Shown here: one piece after another, positions 38,246-47,958 of the stretch
Numbering within the stretch: the first letter of the stretch is position 1
Layout of the letters: each line of letters opens with the position of its first letter
Source: an uncultured bacterium
Lineage (GTDB): Bacteria; Oederibacteriota; Oederibacteriia; Oederibacteriales; Oederibacteriaceae
DNA length: 64,000 nucleotides
Direction: 5' to 3'
Assembly (NCBI GenBank): GCA_965112635.1
Contig: OZ218778.1
Coordinates: 2,688,001 to 2,752,000, forward strand
Notes under the pieces: model-generated
Told to the model about the DNA's origin: nothing
Database searches by the model: none
Seen by the model: only the letters and a program-made list of their open reading frames with translations
Program-made: the position numbers and the translations under genes

Positions 38246-40114
38246 TTAAACAGGCTCTACCCTCGGCATCTTGTAATATCCCTCGCCTTTTTTGAGCAAA
38301 GTCCGGGGAACATCAAGGCGGTAGAGGTCCAGGAAAACGCCCCATGCCTCGCCGCTGTCGGAACCAAGACCCACCAGCACCTCGTGCCTTCCTTTACCTG
38401 CTTTGAATTTTATCTTGGCGTCATCCGGCTTGGCGGGTCCACAGCCATCGGGGTCGTAATACTTTTCCTGGCCGTCGACCCAAATCTTTGTCGGGCCGTC
38501 ATAGCCGCAATACAGGAAAAGGCTCATCCTTTCATCACAATGGAACCGGCAAAGGAAATACACGAGCACATCCTTTGGCCTCAGGGCCCCGAGCTCCAGG
38601 TGCAGGTCGCAAAAATTGGCTCCGAACATCCTAGGCGCGAAACCCAGGGGTATATGGTCCTTGGGATAGCTAAGGTTTTCCAATCGTCCTGCCGAAGGCA
38701 TGAATTTGCTCACCCAAAGGTTTTTGATGAACCCTGTGCTGGCCACCATGGTGGACGATAAAGGCATGGGCCCGAAAACCGGGAGCGACCGGCCCGCGCT
38801 GTCCGTGACATTGCAAGCGGGATTGCACCCTGCTCCGTATTGCATCCTGCACTTGTAGATTTCATTGGGTAGGACAAGGGTCCGGTAATAGACCCTTGGT
38901 CCCTTCAGGTCGGCCCTATAACCGTAATCCTGGGTGTTCAACGCGAAACCCTTGGCTAACCCCTTGGACTGCAGACGGCCCGCCACATTTTTAAATGTCA
39001 CGACCACATCAGTCCAGATATCCGGCAGGATGCCCTTCTTGATCTCGATCTTGTCCGGCTGTATCTCCGGGTAACCTTTGCCGGTGAGCATAAAGTGCAT
39101 GGCCCTAGCCAGCCGCCTTCCCAGCACGCATTGCTCTTTACCTCGGACATGGATGTTGTCTTCCAGATCTAGATCTATAGCTGGCACTGTGGCAAGACGT
39201 TTTACTCTCTGAGGTAAGGTCCGTTGGGTTTCTTGAATCAGGTTCCATGGTTTGGGGTCCCTGGCCGGGTCAATGACACGGCCCAGCTGCACCATCACTA
39301 GCGGCAGGTTGCCGTCACCTAGGTCCTTCCGGAAACTTCTGACAAGCTCGATCATGTTCTGGCCGAAGACCAGGGAAGCCGTGCCATCCGCGTCTGACTC
39401 CCCCTGATACCAGACAATACCGGCGACCTTTGACCCGTTCTTGCGGAAACGCCTCAGGGTCGCTCCATACAGGCTCGCGCCTCCCTTATTTTTTAACTGG
39501 GGGCTCCATTGAGCCATGGAGGTGCCGCCGTGGCCGCAGACCAGGAGCCCCTGGGGGATTTTGGTCAGCTTTTGCATCTCCCGGCCAAAAGAAACGCCAG
39601 GTCCCGTGCCCATGACCTTATCTACCGGCGGTCTTCCGCCACTCAGGTCGATGTGCACCTGGTCCACGGTCGCCCACATGTTGTGCAGCGGGTCTTCAGC
39701 CACCCTCCACGCGTCATCCATGTAAAAAGCCCTGACCAAAGGATGCGGTTTTTCCCTTTCCGTGAGGATCCCGCGCCCCTGCATGTTGGACTGGCCTCCC
39801 AGGACCCATACGTCGCCGACCAGCACGTCTTTAAATGACAGGCTCTCAGCCTGGTTCCCTTGGCTGTCTTCTATCCAAAGTTCTATCTGGTAAGGCCCGC
39901 CAACAGGCAAGCCCGCCAGCTGGCCTGAAAAGCGGAAGCCGTCGGCATAGCCGACCTTCTTGGATCCGAAACCCTTGACTGTCTTTCCGCCTTTCACAGC
40001 GGTTGCTTTGACCGAACCTTTGGTGAAACAAAAACCTTCAACTTTCCCCGCACTGCGGTTTCGTTTGTCCCTCTGTAAAACCATATGATCAAAAAGGCCT
40101 GCAGAGATCTTCAT
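38246..40114 (-). CDS. Sialate O-acetylesterase (SASA/DUF303) family protein
   Basis: GDVWVLGGQSNMQG, GHGGTS, VWYQGESD, DNIH; start ATG 40114; no signal peptide. Confidence 0.88.
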   Translation of the reverse strand: MKISAGLFDHMVLQRDKRNRSAGKVEGFCFTKGSVKATAVKGGKTVKGFGSKKVGYADGFRFSGQLAGLPVGGPYQIELWIEDSQGNQAESLSFKDVLVGDVWVLGGQSNMQGRGILTEREKPHPLVRAFYMDDAWRVAEDPLHNMWATVDQVHIDLSGGRPPVDKVMGTGPGVSFGREMQKLTKIPQGLLVCGHGGTSMAQWSPQLKNKGGASLYGATLRRFRKNGSKVAGIVWYQGESDADGTASLVFGQNMIELVRSFRKDLGDGNLPLVMVQLGRVIDPARDPKPWNLIQETQRTLPQRVKRLATVPAIDLDLEDNIHVRGKEQCVLGRRLARAMHFMLTGKGYPEIQPDKIEIKKGILPDIWTDVVVTFKNVAGRLQSKGLAKGFALNTQDYGYRADLKGPRVYYRTLVLPNEIYKCRMQYGAGCNPACNVTDSAGRSLPVFGPMPLSSTMVASTGFIKNLWVSKFMPSAGRLENLSYPKDHIPLGFAPRMFGANFCDLHLELGALRPKDVLVYFLCRFHCDERMSLFLYCGYDGPTKIWVDGQEKYYDPDGCGPAKPDDAKIKFKAGKGRHEVLVGLGSDSGEAWGVFLDLYRLDVPRTLLKKGEGYYKMPRVEPV

Positions 40115-40292
40115 GTCATCCTCCAAAACAATTTTAAAAAGCTGTCGATTTGCATTAGATTACCATATTTCCTTTGGAATAAAGCGCAAAACAGGGCCAC
40201 TCGAACGCAAAAATAAATGAAATTTATCTGCCAGCTGAATTGTTCTATTAGCTAAAGAAGACAATATACCAGAGAGAGGGGGTGAACTAAAA

Positions 40293-40541
40293 ATGAAAAA
40301 GTTTATAGTGATCTGTTTGGTGTTAGGTCTTATGGTTTCTCTGTTTGCCGTGACCCCGGCCATGGCCAAACCTAAATATCCCAATATTCAAAAAGCGATC
40401 CACGTTTTGGAAATGGCCAAGGGGGACCTGCAAAAAGCTGCCCATGATTTCGGCGGTCATCGCGCTGACGCCCTGGCGGCCTGCGACAAGGCTATCGAAC
40501 AGTTAAAGCTGGCCCTGCAGTACAAGGAAGCGGGCAAATAA
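40293..40541 (+). CDS. Small secreted helical protein
   Basis: Signal peptide ending AMA; LQKAAHDFGGHRADAL motif; own terminator. Confidence 0.8.
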   Translation: MKKFIVICLVLGLMVSLFAVTPAMAKPKYPNIQKAIHVLEMAKGDLQKAAHDFGGHRADALAACDKAIEQLKLALQYKEAGK

Positions 40542-40575
40542 AAAGACAATTAAAGATTTTTGATATACAGCTCAT

Positions 40576-40616
40576 AAAAAGGGGTGCGAGACGCAAATTT
40601 TCGCGCCCCTTTTTTG
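40576..40616 (+). terminator. Rho-independent terminator
   Basis: A5-GGGGTGCGA...TCGCGCCCC-T6. Confidence 0.8.
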
Positions 40617-40719
40617 TTTTCTCTTAGCAGCAGGCACCTAACCGCCCAGTTGATTGACACTTTCCTCTAATGCCGTTAACATATCCTTTAAACAAAATCT
40701 CACGGGGAGGAGCAATAAT

Positions 40720-41844
40720 ATGGAAGAAAAGTATAAAGGTAAAAAATTCCGCTTGACCATCACCGGAAGCAATGCCGGGATCGTGGAAGGCGCCCACCTG
40801 AAAGCCATTAAACGGATCCCAGAGATCGAGATCGTGGGCATGATGGACGTCAATGCCGAGCAAGGGAAAGCCAGGGCCGCTGAGAACCACTGCCCTTTTT
40901 TTACGGACCATAAAAAAATGCTCCTGGAAACCAGGCCGGATATCGACGTAGTCGCCACTCCCCATCCTTTCCACCCCGCTCAGGTCATCGAGTCCCTGCA
41001 GGCCGGGGCTCATGTCCTGACCGAAAAACCCATGGGCATTCAGGTCGCGGAAGCTGACGCCATGATCGAGGCTGCGGACAAGGCCAAAAAACTGCTGGCC
41101 GTGAACTTCCAGTCCCGCTTCTTCCCCTTTGTGGAAAATGCCAGGGCTTTGATCTCTTCCGGCTTCACCGGCCCGCTTCTCCGAATGCTCTGCGTGGAGC
41201 CCCATTACCGGCCGGCTGTCTATTTCCAGATGTCCCCCTGGCGGGGCTCCTGGACCGGAGAGGGAGGCGCCGTGCTCCTCAACCAGTCTCCCCATACCAT
41301 GGATGTGATGTGCCACCTGGCAGGCTTCCCCAAAAAAGTCACGGGTAAGGTCCAGCGTCGTATCCAGAAAATAGATTGCGAAGATACGGCCCAGGCTTTG
41401 CTGGAGTTCGAGAACGGTGCTCCGGGCTTTTTTTCCACCAGCACCGTGGAGTTGGGTTTGGAACGGCAGATCCAGGTGGTCGGCGACAAGGGCGGCATCC
41501 AGATCAGGGGCAACAAGCTGCAGACCTATAAATTTGTGCCTTCGCTGTCCGAACACCGCAAGACCGCTGACGAGCCTTTTAGTTCACCGGAGATGGAGAT
41601 GGAAAACCCGCAATCCCCCGACCCTGACCCAATCGCCCACTATCCCGTGTATCAGGACCTTTTGAACGCGATCGTGGAAAACCGCCAGCCCCGTTGCAAC
41701 GGCCGCGAGGGCAGGATGTCCCTGGAACTGGCCAACGCCATCGTGCTTTCCAGTTTCCTCGGCGAAACCGTGACCCTGCCTTTGGACCGCCAGGCCTATT
41801 CCAAGCTGTTAAAAGAACTCCAAACAGGAAAAAAGAAGCTGTAA
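40720..41844 (+). CDS. Gfo/Idh/MocA family oxidoreductase
   Basis: VATPHPFH, GAHVLTEKPM, GGAVLLNQSPHTMD; start ATG 40720 behind GGAGG. Confidence 0.92.
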   Translation: MEEKYKGKKFRLTITGSNAGIVEGAHLKAIKRIPEIEIVGMMDVNAEQGKARAAENHCPFFTDHKKMLLETRPDIDVVATPHPFHPAQVIESLQAGAHVLTEKPMGIQVAEADAMIEAADKAKKLLAVNFQSRFFPFVENARALISSGFTGPLLRMLCVEPHYRPAVYFQMSPWRGSWTGEGGAVLLNQSPHTMDVMCHLAGFPKKVTGKVQRRIQKIDCEDTAQALLEFENGAPGFFSTSTVELGLERQIQVVGDKGGIQIRGNKLQTYKFVPSLSEHRKTADEPFSSPEMEMENPQSPDPDPIAHYPVYQDLLNAIVENRQPRCNGREGRMSLELANAIVLSSFLGETVTLPLDRQAYSKLLKELQTGKKKL

Positions 41845-41945
41845 CATCTGGCATTCATCCCCAGCCCTTTAAAGGCGGGAACACACTAAAACGCGTGGCC
41901 ATGAGGACGTGAATGCCAGCCGGAGCCCCGAAATCATGAGGCAAA

Positions 41946-42211
41946 GTGGGTCCCCCACGGGCACAGCCCGTGGCTCCCACAAAACATTCAGCCCGCCTCC
42001 GGCGGACTGACCAAAGGAGTAACCTCCTTTGGAATCCTCTCGGAGAGGGTTGATTGGTCTGAATGACCAATCAACGGGCACATTCCTTTGTTCCTTATGA
42101 AGGAGTGCCCAGGATATAATTGTATGTACTATCGTTTTTTCATCCACGGGCAGAGCTCGCCTAGTCGGCGAAGCGACTGGCCCGTGGTCTTCGAAACGCT
42201 GATCCGATAAG
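41946..42211 (-). mobile_element. Non-coding palindromic element, copy 2 (inverted relative to copy 1)
   Basis: Reverse complement aligns to 38044-38241 in both end hairpins and the core; carries two extra internal hairpins. Confidence 0.7.
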
Positions 42212-42599
42212 CCCAATCCGCAGTTGTCATAGCTGTTGTCATAAAACCTATTGCAAAATAAGCTTTTTACATAGTTGTCCTCAACATTCAGGTCGAAAAA
42301 CCAGCTTAATATTTATGCCCCACTTTTATACACGAACTTTTTAGGCATGATTTTGTCCTTATTAAATAAGGAGATTTATACACGAACTCCAAAAGGTGCA
42401 CAATTATTTATGTCACATTTCGGGTCCGCTGTCCCCCAACCAGCGAGACCCGCGCCGAAGCCAAGGGTGTACTTCGGCAGGTATGCCACTATGTGCCCCA
42501 ACCCTGGCAAATCCACCCCACATTATTCTTATAAAATAAGGTGAGCTATTTTTGATAGAATACCCTTATAAAACAATGACTTTAGCCCGGAGAGGTGAT

Positions 42600-43298
42600 A
42601 TGCCACTATTTGATCCCAGTTTGCCGGAAGAATTTAAGACGGGCACGATGCTCGACGAGTACATGATCATCTATAAAGGGGTCATGCTGCAGGGCAAGAT
42701 ACTCACCCAGTTTGGCGAATATAAGGAGATTCTCACAGAAGCATCCGGTGACTTTCAGCGGAAATTTAAAATAGGCCAGCCCGGAGGACTTACAGACGGT
42801 CTTTTTATGACCTGGCTCCATCTTGATTTTCGTTTTGGTAAGACACAGGAGACGATTTGTGAACGTTTTCTTCAAGAACAAGGCAGTAAGCTCAATCACC
42901 CTGGACCGACCTGCCTTCGTCACCTAGCGGACAGCTACTGTACTCTCTATCAGCTCAAATCCTACCGTGATGAAAGGATCGTTTTTGAGGAAATTATGAC
43001 AGGAAAAGAATGGACTATCATTCGGGTGAACGAGCCCTTTGAGCTAAAGGTCGTCCCAGGGAATATTTGGTATGTCAGGCTTGTTGGTACTCCAGAGCAG
43101 GCTTTTGTTTTTATCGCACCCTTTATCTTTCCCGCAGAAGCGAAAGATGATCTGGTTAAGTTAGTCAGAGTGATGCGGAAAGATTACGAGGCATATGTAC
43201 AAAAGACGAAAATGGCACCAGAAAATATATTCAAGAATTTCAGCAAAGCCTCACTAATGGCTTGGGCTGAATATCTAATGTTAGGGAAAAAGAGTTAA
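42600..43298 (+). CDS. Hypothetical protein
   Basis: Long ORF with GAGGTG RBS before ATG 42600; no family assigned confidently. Confidence 0.7.
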   Translation: MPLFDPSLPEEFKTGTMLDEYMIIYKGVMLQGKILTQFGEYKEILTEASGDFQRKFKIGQPGGLTDGLFMTWLHLDFRFGKTQETICERFLQEQGSKLNHPGPTCLRHLADSYCTLYQLKSYRDERIVFEEIMTGKEWTIIRVNEPFELKVVPGNIWYVRLVGTPEQAFVFIAPFIFPAEAKDDLVKLVRVMRKDYEAYVQKTKMAPENIFKNFSKASLMAWAEYLMLGKKS

Positions 43299-43621
43299 GG
43301 AGCGGGATCCGTTCGCTAAGAGCTTACGCCGCTAAACCGTTAATCTGCTCATGCCATCTATTGCCGATTTGTATCAGCAATGAATCAATTTGCGACGATA
43401 CATTTTGATACATATTCCGAATGCTGCGAAGGGCATAGGATAGTAAAAGCAAGAAAACCCTTAAAATACAAGCTAATTTAAAGCCCTTAATATCTATATG
43501 TATTATTGACAAATGTTAAAGATTTTATAAAATTAACTCCTCATTGAAAAAGCCGACTCTGCTGAAAGGCTGAGTGGGAGAGCTATCCTCCCTGAAAGAC
43601 AGGGGAACAAGGGGCATACCG

Positions 43622-44509
43622 ATGGAACAAAGAAAAGTTAAGGCCAAAATTCCTTCCAAATCAGTTTGCTTCCCCAAAAACCAAAGCCAAGACACAAGAA
43701 CATTCACCGCAAAAACTATCACATCTGTTTTGATCCTTCTTTTTTCCGTCTTCTATATTTATAGACCGTCCGTTGCCCAGACGCAGGATGAGCAGGAGAC
43801 GCAACAAATAGTAAGCCAGATCCAAACCAACCAGAACAAAATCCAAACACTCCAAGCGGATGTCACGGTGGACCACACCATAAACTCAAAGACCAAAACC
43901 TTACGCTATCACTTTGGGATTGACCTGAAGAATATGCGGATACATGTGCAGATGCTGAACGGGCTGACCCCTATAGATGTTATCGTTGATGGGACAGATA
44001 TATCTATAAAAGGGAAAGACGGGATGTGGCGCAAAAAGGAGCAGTCGGCAAAGACAAAAGAGGTACTCAAGAATATGTTAGGAGAGAATTTTAATGGTTC
44101 GATAAACTCACCACAGGGCAAGCAGGACATGAAGGATATAACCAAGAATTATGAGATCAAAAGGAACAGGAGTGCGGATGGGTGGCTTGCGTCATTCGGC
44201 AACAACAGGGCAGTAGATTTTGTGCCGAAAGGGAAACCCTTCGGCGGAGCTCAGGGCGGGCAAAAAATGTTTGCCCGAAAAACAGCGTGGATAGACCGCA
44301 ACACAGGCGTCACCATGGAGTCGGCTGTTTATGATGAAAATGGGAAGGAAATCGTACACCATAAGACAAAGAGAGTAGATACGATAAATAACTGCAACCT
44401 TGCGACAGAGACAGAGAGCGACAGCCAGACACCCCAAGGAAAAATCCACAGCCATAGAGTTATGCAAAATGTATTTATAAACCAAGACATAAGCGGGGAG
44501 TTTAAGTAG
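43622..44509 (+). CDS. Exported protein, possible LolA-like / outer-membrane lipoprotein-sorting fold
   Basis: Hydrophobic N-terminal segment; KIQTLQADV, AWIDRNTG...YDENGK pattern; start uncertain. Confidence 0.55.
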   Translation: MEQRKVKAKIPSKSVCFPKNQSQDTRTFTAKTITSVLILLFSVFYIYRPSVAQTQDEQETQQIVSQIQTNQNKIQTLQADVTVDHTINSKTKTLRYHFGIDLKNMRIHVQMLNGLTPIDVIVDGTDISIKGKDGMWRKKEQSAKTKEVLKNMLGENFNGSINSPQGKQDMKDITKNYEIKRNRSADGWLASFGNNRAVDFVPKGKPFGGAQGGQKMFARKTAWIDRNTGVTMESAVYDENGKEIVHHKTKRVDTINNCNLATETESDSQTPQGKIHSHRVMQNVFINQDISGEFK

Positions 44510-44554
44510 AAAAGAAATCAATATAAAAGTAGAAAATTTTAAGGAGGTCAGGAT

Positions 44555-45379
44555 ATGGGGAAGAAAACATTGTTTTATTTTTTAATTTCATTTCTTTTAG
44601 TGTTTGTTGGAATGGCAAGTAATGGTGAAATTCAAGCCGCAAGTAAGAAGCAAGTCCTGCCCCCTACTTCTTTGTCCGGACAAGCGCCTGAGGATATAGG
44701 GGGGATAGACCCTGGAGAAAAAAACGACAAGCAAGTATGGATTCAATTAATTCATAATTCTGGAACATCTACACATCCCCTTTTTTGTATTCAATCCTTG
44801 ATAGGTGAGGGTGATGAAAGAACCTTGGAGTATATAAAGTTTGTTTTGATTCAAAGTGGTATTGAGCAAAGCGATGAAAATATCAATTTGTTGAATAATC
44901 TTGCGCATACTATGGCGAAGTATTGGGTTTGCATCGGTGGGGTGGATAGAAATCCAACATATTATGAGCCCTTTATAAAAACCTATCAAAAGGAACTTGA
45001 CGATATGACAGAAAGGTTTTTTAAAAAGTTTAACCGCAAAGAAAGAGTGCGCCTATATTGTGTGATTGAGTGGTTTAGTTTAGCAGAAGGTGCCCTTAAG
45101 AAGGCTGTAGCAGTGAGACAAAAAGAAAAAATTGGGCTCTCGGATGTAAACTCTCGCACTATTGATTTATTAAATAAAAGGTTTCCAAATAATAATCAAC
45201 AAGTAATAAAGGATTTTTTAGACACAGTTTCCTATGTCAGGCCGATACCTTATCCTAAGGGGCACCCCAATCGTCATGAGACAGATAAATATGTTATGGA
45301 AAAAAAGAAGGAACGCTCTGAATTCTTAAGGAACCTTAAAACCTTTGACCACTTCAAGGCCCTAAAAACGGAGAAATAA
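44555..45379 (+). CDS. Hypothetical exported protein (AT-rich)
   Basis: AAGGAGG RBS, signal peptide, 274 aa. Confidence 0.7.
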   Translation: MGKKTLFYFLISFLLVFVGMASNGEIQAASKKQVLPPTSLSGQAPEDIGGIDPGEKNDKQVWIQLIHNSGTSTHPLFCIQSLIGEGDERTLEYIKFVLIQSGIEQSDENINLLNNLAHTMAKYWVCIGGVDRNPTYYEPFIKTYQKELDDMTERFFKKFNRKERVRLYCVIEWFSLAEGALKKAVAVRQKEKIGLSDVNSRTIDLLNKRFPNNNQQVIKDFLDTVSYVRPIPYPKGHPNRHETDKYVMEKKKERSEFLRNLKTFDHFKALKTEK

Positions 45380-45382
45380 GTT

Positions 45383-46060
45383 GTGAGACGATTGCAGTTT
45401 TGTATCACTTGCATTTTATTACTTTTAATGCAAATTGCAGGCGCTGATAATTCACCATTTATTGTTACTGCTACTACCAATCCTATGTCTGGCTCAACCA
45501 TAACAAATATATTCTACGTTGCTCTTCCGTTTACAAAAACGAAAGATGATACAACGACAGTATTTGGGATACCTAATTATTCAAACCCGCAAGAGGTTGT
45601 TTTGAAAAGGGTGATAGTTAGTTATAAAGATTCAAATAATCATATTTTAAGTGTTATTGCGCCGATAAAAGATGCTGGGCCGTGGAATATTTTTGATAAT
45701 TATTGGTTAGATAATTCAAAGAGAGACAGAAATGGATTTAAGGTTTTTATTAGTCCTTCTCCTAATTCTACTGATATTCAAAATAACTGTAATGTGTCTG
45801 TTACTACTGGCCCAGTGCCTGATGAGAATGTCCCCGAGGCGGAAGCAGCATTCCCTCGCTTATTAACATCTTTTCATCTGGGCTATAGCGCATCTAAACC
45901 AGGGGACCCTAAAAATCCGGCAACATATTGTAATTTAAATTGTGACTGCCCTGTTAATCACATAAATTTTTTGAGATTTGATGGAACGAATATTCAACCC
46001 GGGACACAACAACAAACAAATGGAGTAAAGTTTGGTCGAATCCAACTGATGTTGCCATGA
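45383..46060 (+). CDS. Exported protein with possible RlpA/DPBB-like motif, probably truncated
   Basis: Signal peptide; YVALP and APIKDAGPWNIFDNYW; ends 35 bp before a mobile-element IR. Confidence 0.55.
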   Translation: MRRLQFCITCILLLLMQIAGADNSPFIVTATTNPMSGSTITNIFYVALPFTKTKDDTTTVFGIPNYSNPQEVVLKRVIVSYKDSNNHILSVIAPIKDAGPWNIFDNYWLDNSKRDRNGFKVFISPSPNSTDIQNNCNVSVTTGPVPDENVPEAEAAFPRLLTSFHLGYSASKPGDPKNPATYCNLNCDCPVNHINFLRFDGTNIQPGTQQQTNGVKFGRIQLMLP

Positions 46061-46095
46061 CGCAAATTGATACAGCGGGAAAAATATAGGGAATC

Positions 46096-46996
46096 GGGGT
46101 CAGGTCTTCACATATCAGTTTTGCTTCTCTCTGTGCCGCCTGACCCTCATGCTTACCGTTGTATAATGCACGCCTAAATGCCTCGCCACTTCTACCATCT
46201 TATATCCCTCTTTAACGCCCTCATCAATCTCCGCGGCTGTCCCGCCTTGCTTAAATATCTCAGCCAAACCTTTTCTCAAAGGTCTCTTGTGTGCTTGCGG
46301 TATCTCCCTCTGCCTCTCATTGATCTTATGCTTCCGGATAAAAGCCTCGCTCCCATAGTAGATCTGCCCGGTCAGCTTTTCCCAGGGGCTTTCCTTTAGC
46401 CCGATTCCCTCCCTGACAAACTCCTTATACCGTTTTACCGACTCCCGCCTGTTATTCCCGAACTGTTCCAGGATCCATTTCCCGTCCATCCAACCCAGCC
46501 GGTGCTGCGGTTTCAAAGTCCCCCGGTAACTGCTCCACCTGTATTGTTCCGGCCTTTCCACCATCTTCGCTCTCACCGGGTTTAGCACCACATACCGGCA
46601 CAGCTCTAATGAATGCGCCCCTTTTTCCACATGAATAGCCTTATACCTGCCCTGGAATAAATGCCCCACCCGACTATGCTCATGGTTAAAGGATTGCGTA
46701 TAGACCCCGTTGAGATGCCGCATCCCCTGCGAAAGGCTGGCTTCTCTGGTCTCGATCAGTAAATGATAGTGGTTGCTCATCAGGCAATAGGCGTGGCAGT
46801 TCCAGGAATAACGGGAAAGGGTCTCAGCCAGAACAAGCAAAAACTTCTTCCGGTCAGCATCATTAAAATATATTTTTTGCCGTCCGTTGCCCCGGCTCGT
46901 GATGTGGTAAACAGCTCCCTCATATTGCAATCTCAATGGTCTCGTCATAGTTCAACATCCTATCATGCTAAACCTTATATGTGAAGACCTGACCCC
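46096..46996 (-). mobile_element. HUH (RAYT-like) transposase cassette bounded by perfect 20-bp inverted repeats
   Basis: GGGGTCAGGTCTTCACATAT (46096-46115) and ATATGTGAAGACCTGACCCC (46977-46996). Confidence 0.8.
46115..46948 (-). CDS. REP-associated tyrosine transposase-like (Y1/HUH) protein with C-terminal HTH
   Basis: YHITSRGN, AYCLMSNHYHLL (HUH), GHLFQGRY, RYVVLNPVRA, YRWSSY; EVARHLGVHYTTVS HTH. Confidence 0.9.
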   Translation of the reverse strand: MTRPLRLQYEGAVYHITSRGNGRQKIYFNDADRKKFLLVLAETLSRYSWNCHAYCLMSNHYHLLIETREASLSQGMRHLNGVYTQSFNHEHSRVGHLFQGRYKAIHVEKGAHSLELCRYVVLNPVRAKMVERPEQYRWSSYRGTLKPQHRLGWMDGKWILEQFGNNRRESVKRYKEFVREGIGLKESPWEKLTGQIYYGSEAFIRKHKINERQREIPQAHKRPLRKGLAEIFKQGGTAAEIDEGVKEGYKMVEVARHLGVHYTTVSMRVRRHREKQN

Positions 46997-47004
46997 AATT
47001 ATAT

Positions 47005-47041
47005 AAAAAAAGGGAAGACCTGGTTGGTCTTCCCTTTTTTT
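47005..47041 (-). terminator. Bidirectional rho-independent terminator
   Basis: A7-GGGAAGACC-loop-GGTCTTCCC-T7. Confidence 0.85.
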
Positions 47042-47052
47042 GTCTTTAAAGT

Positions 47053-47895
47053 TCAAGCTTTGGCGTACACTTCCTCGAACACCCGGCAATATTTCCTGAA
47101 AACTTCCTTGGGGTCGCTCACTGGGTCGGCTTCCTTGGCCGCATGGGCTACCGAAGAGATATGAGGCTCCATAGTGTACCACCCGTCATACCCGCTCTTT
47201 TTCAGCATGGAAACGATCTCCGGGATCCGGCCCAGGCCTTCCCCGGGGAACACCGCCCTGCACCCATGGTCCCCGGCCGGGTCCTTTACATAATCCTTGA
47301 TATGGATATGGATGACCTCATGCTTGACCGCTTGATAAAATTCCATGACATCCCCGCCGTGGTGGGTAGGATTACCGGTATCAAAAATAAGTTTGAAAGA
47401 TTTGCTCTTGACCGCCTCGACCATGGCCAAAGTCCCCTCCGGGGTTTCCCCGTAACCCGAGCAGTTCTCATGAGCCAGGATCACTCCCCCGTCCTCGGCC
47501 ATGCGGCATAATTCCTTCATCCTCCTGATGACCTCTTCGCGCCATTGCTTTTCCGGCAGATTGTCATTGGGATAGCTCATGACCCGGACCAGCTTGGTCC
47601 CGGTCTGGTGCATCCGGGGTATGATGCGCTGGAGCTCTTCGGTATCCTTTTTAAAATCCGCGGTAACGGGCCTGGACCAGTTGGCGATCTGGCTCCCGTA
47701 GCACACGATCTTGATACCCGCCTTGTCCAGCTGGCCCTTTATGTTTTTGAACTCCTCCTCGCTCACGTCGTCAAAATGAACGCCGGAACGGATATTCCTG
47801 GTCTCTATCCCGTTCCAGCCGACCTCCTTGAGGAACGCGATCTGCCCCTCGATATTCGGCGACGCCTCATCCGTAAACCCGGCAAACTTGTTCAT
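47053..47895 (-). CDS. Sugar phosphate isomerase/epimerase (AP-endonuclease-2 TIM barrel)
   Basis: GFTDE, ILAHENC, LIFDTGN, HIHIKD, GYDGWYTMEPH. Confidence 0.88.
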   Translation of the reverse strand: MNKFAGFTDEASPNIEGQIAFLKEVGWNGIETRNIRSGVHFDDVSEEEFKNIKGQLDKAGIKIVCYGSQIANWSRPVTADFKKDTEELQRIIPRMHQTGTKLVRVMSYPNDNLPEKQWREEVIRRMKELCRMAEDGGVILAHENCSGYGETPEGTLAMVEAVKSKSFKLIFDTGNPTHHGGDVMEFYQAVKHEVIHIHIKDYVKDPAGDHGCRAVFPGEGLGRIPEIVSMLKKSGYDGWYTMEPHISSVAHAAKEADPVSDPKEVFRKYCRVFEEVYAKA

Positions 47896-47958
47896 CTTCC
47901 TCTCCCTTCTAAAGATTTAAAGGTATTATACCAAACCATTTTACGGCCTAGAACTACT

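Noticed and set aside
43548-43626. Possible c-di-GMP-I riboswitch (two GAAA-type loops, ends TACCGATGG)
   Set aside because: Lacks the GGCAAA/CGCAAA core and tetraloop receptor; an Rfam scan would be needed
43324-43722. Short minus-strand ORFs in the AT-rich gap
   Set aside because: No RBS or recognisable motifs; one overlaps the better-supported plus-strand gene
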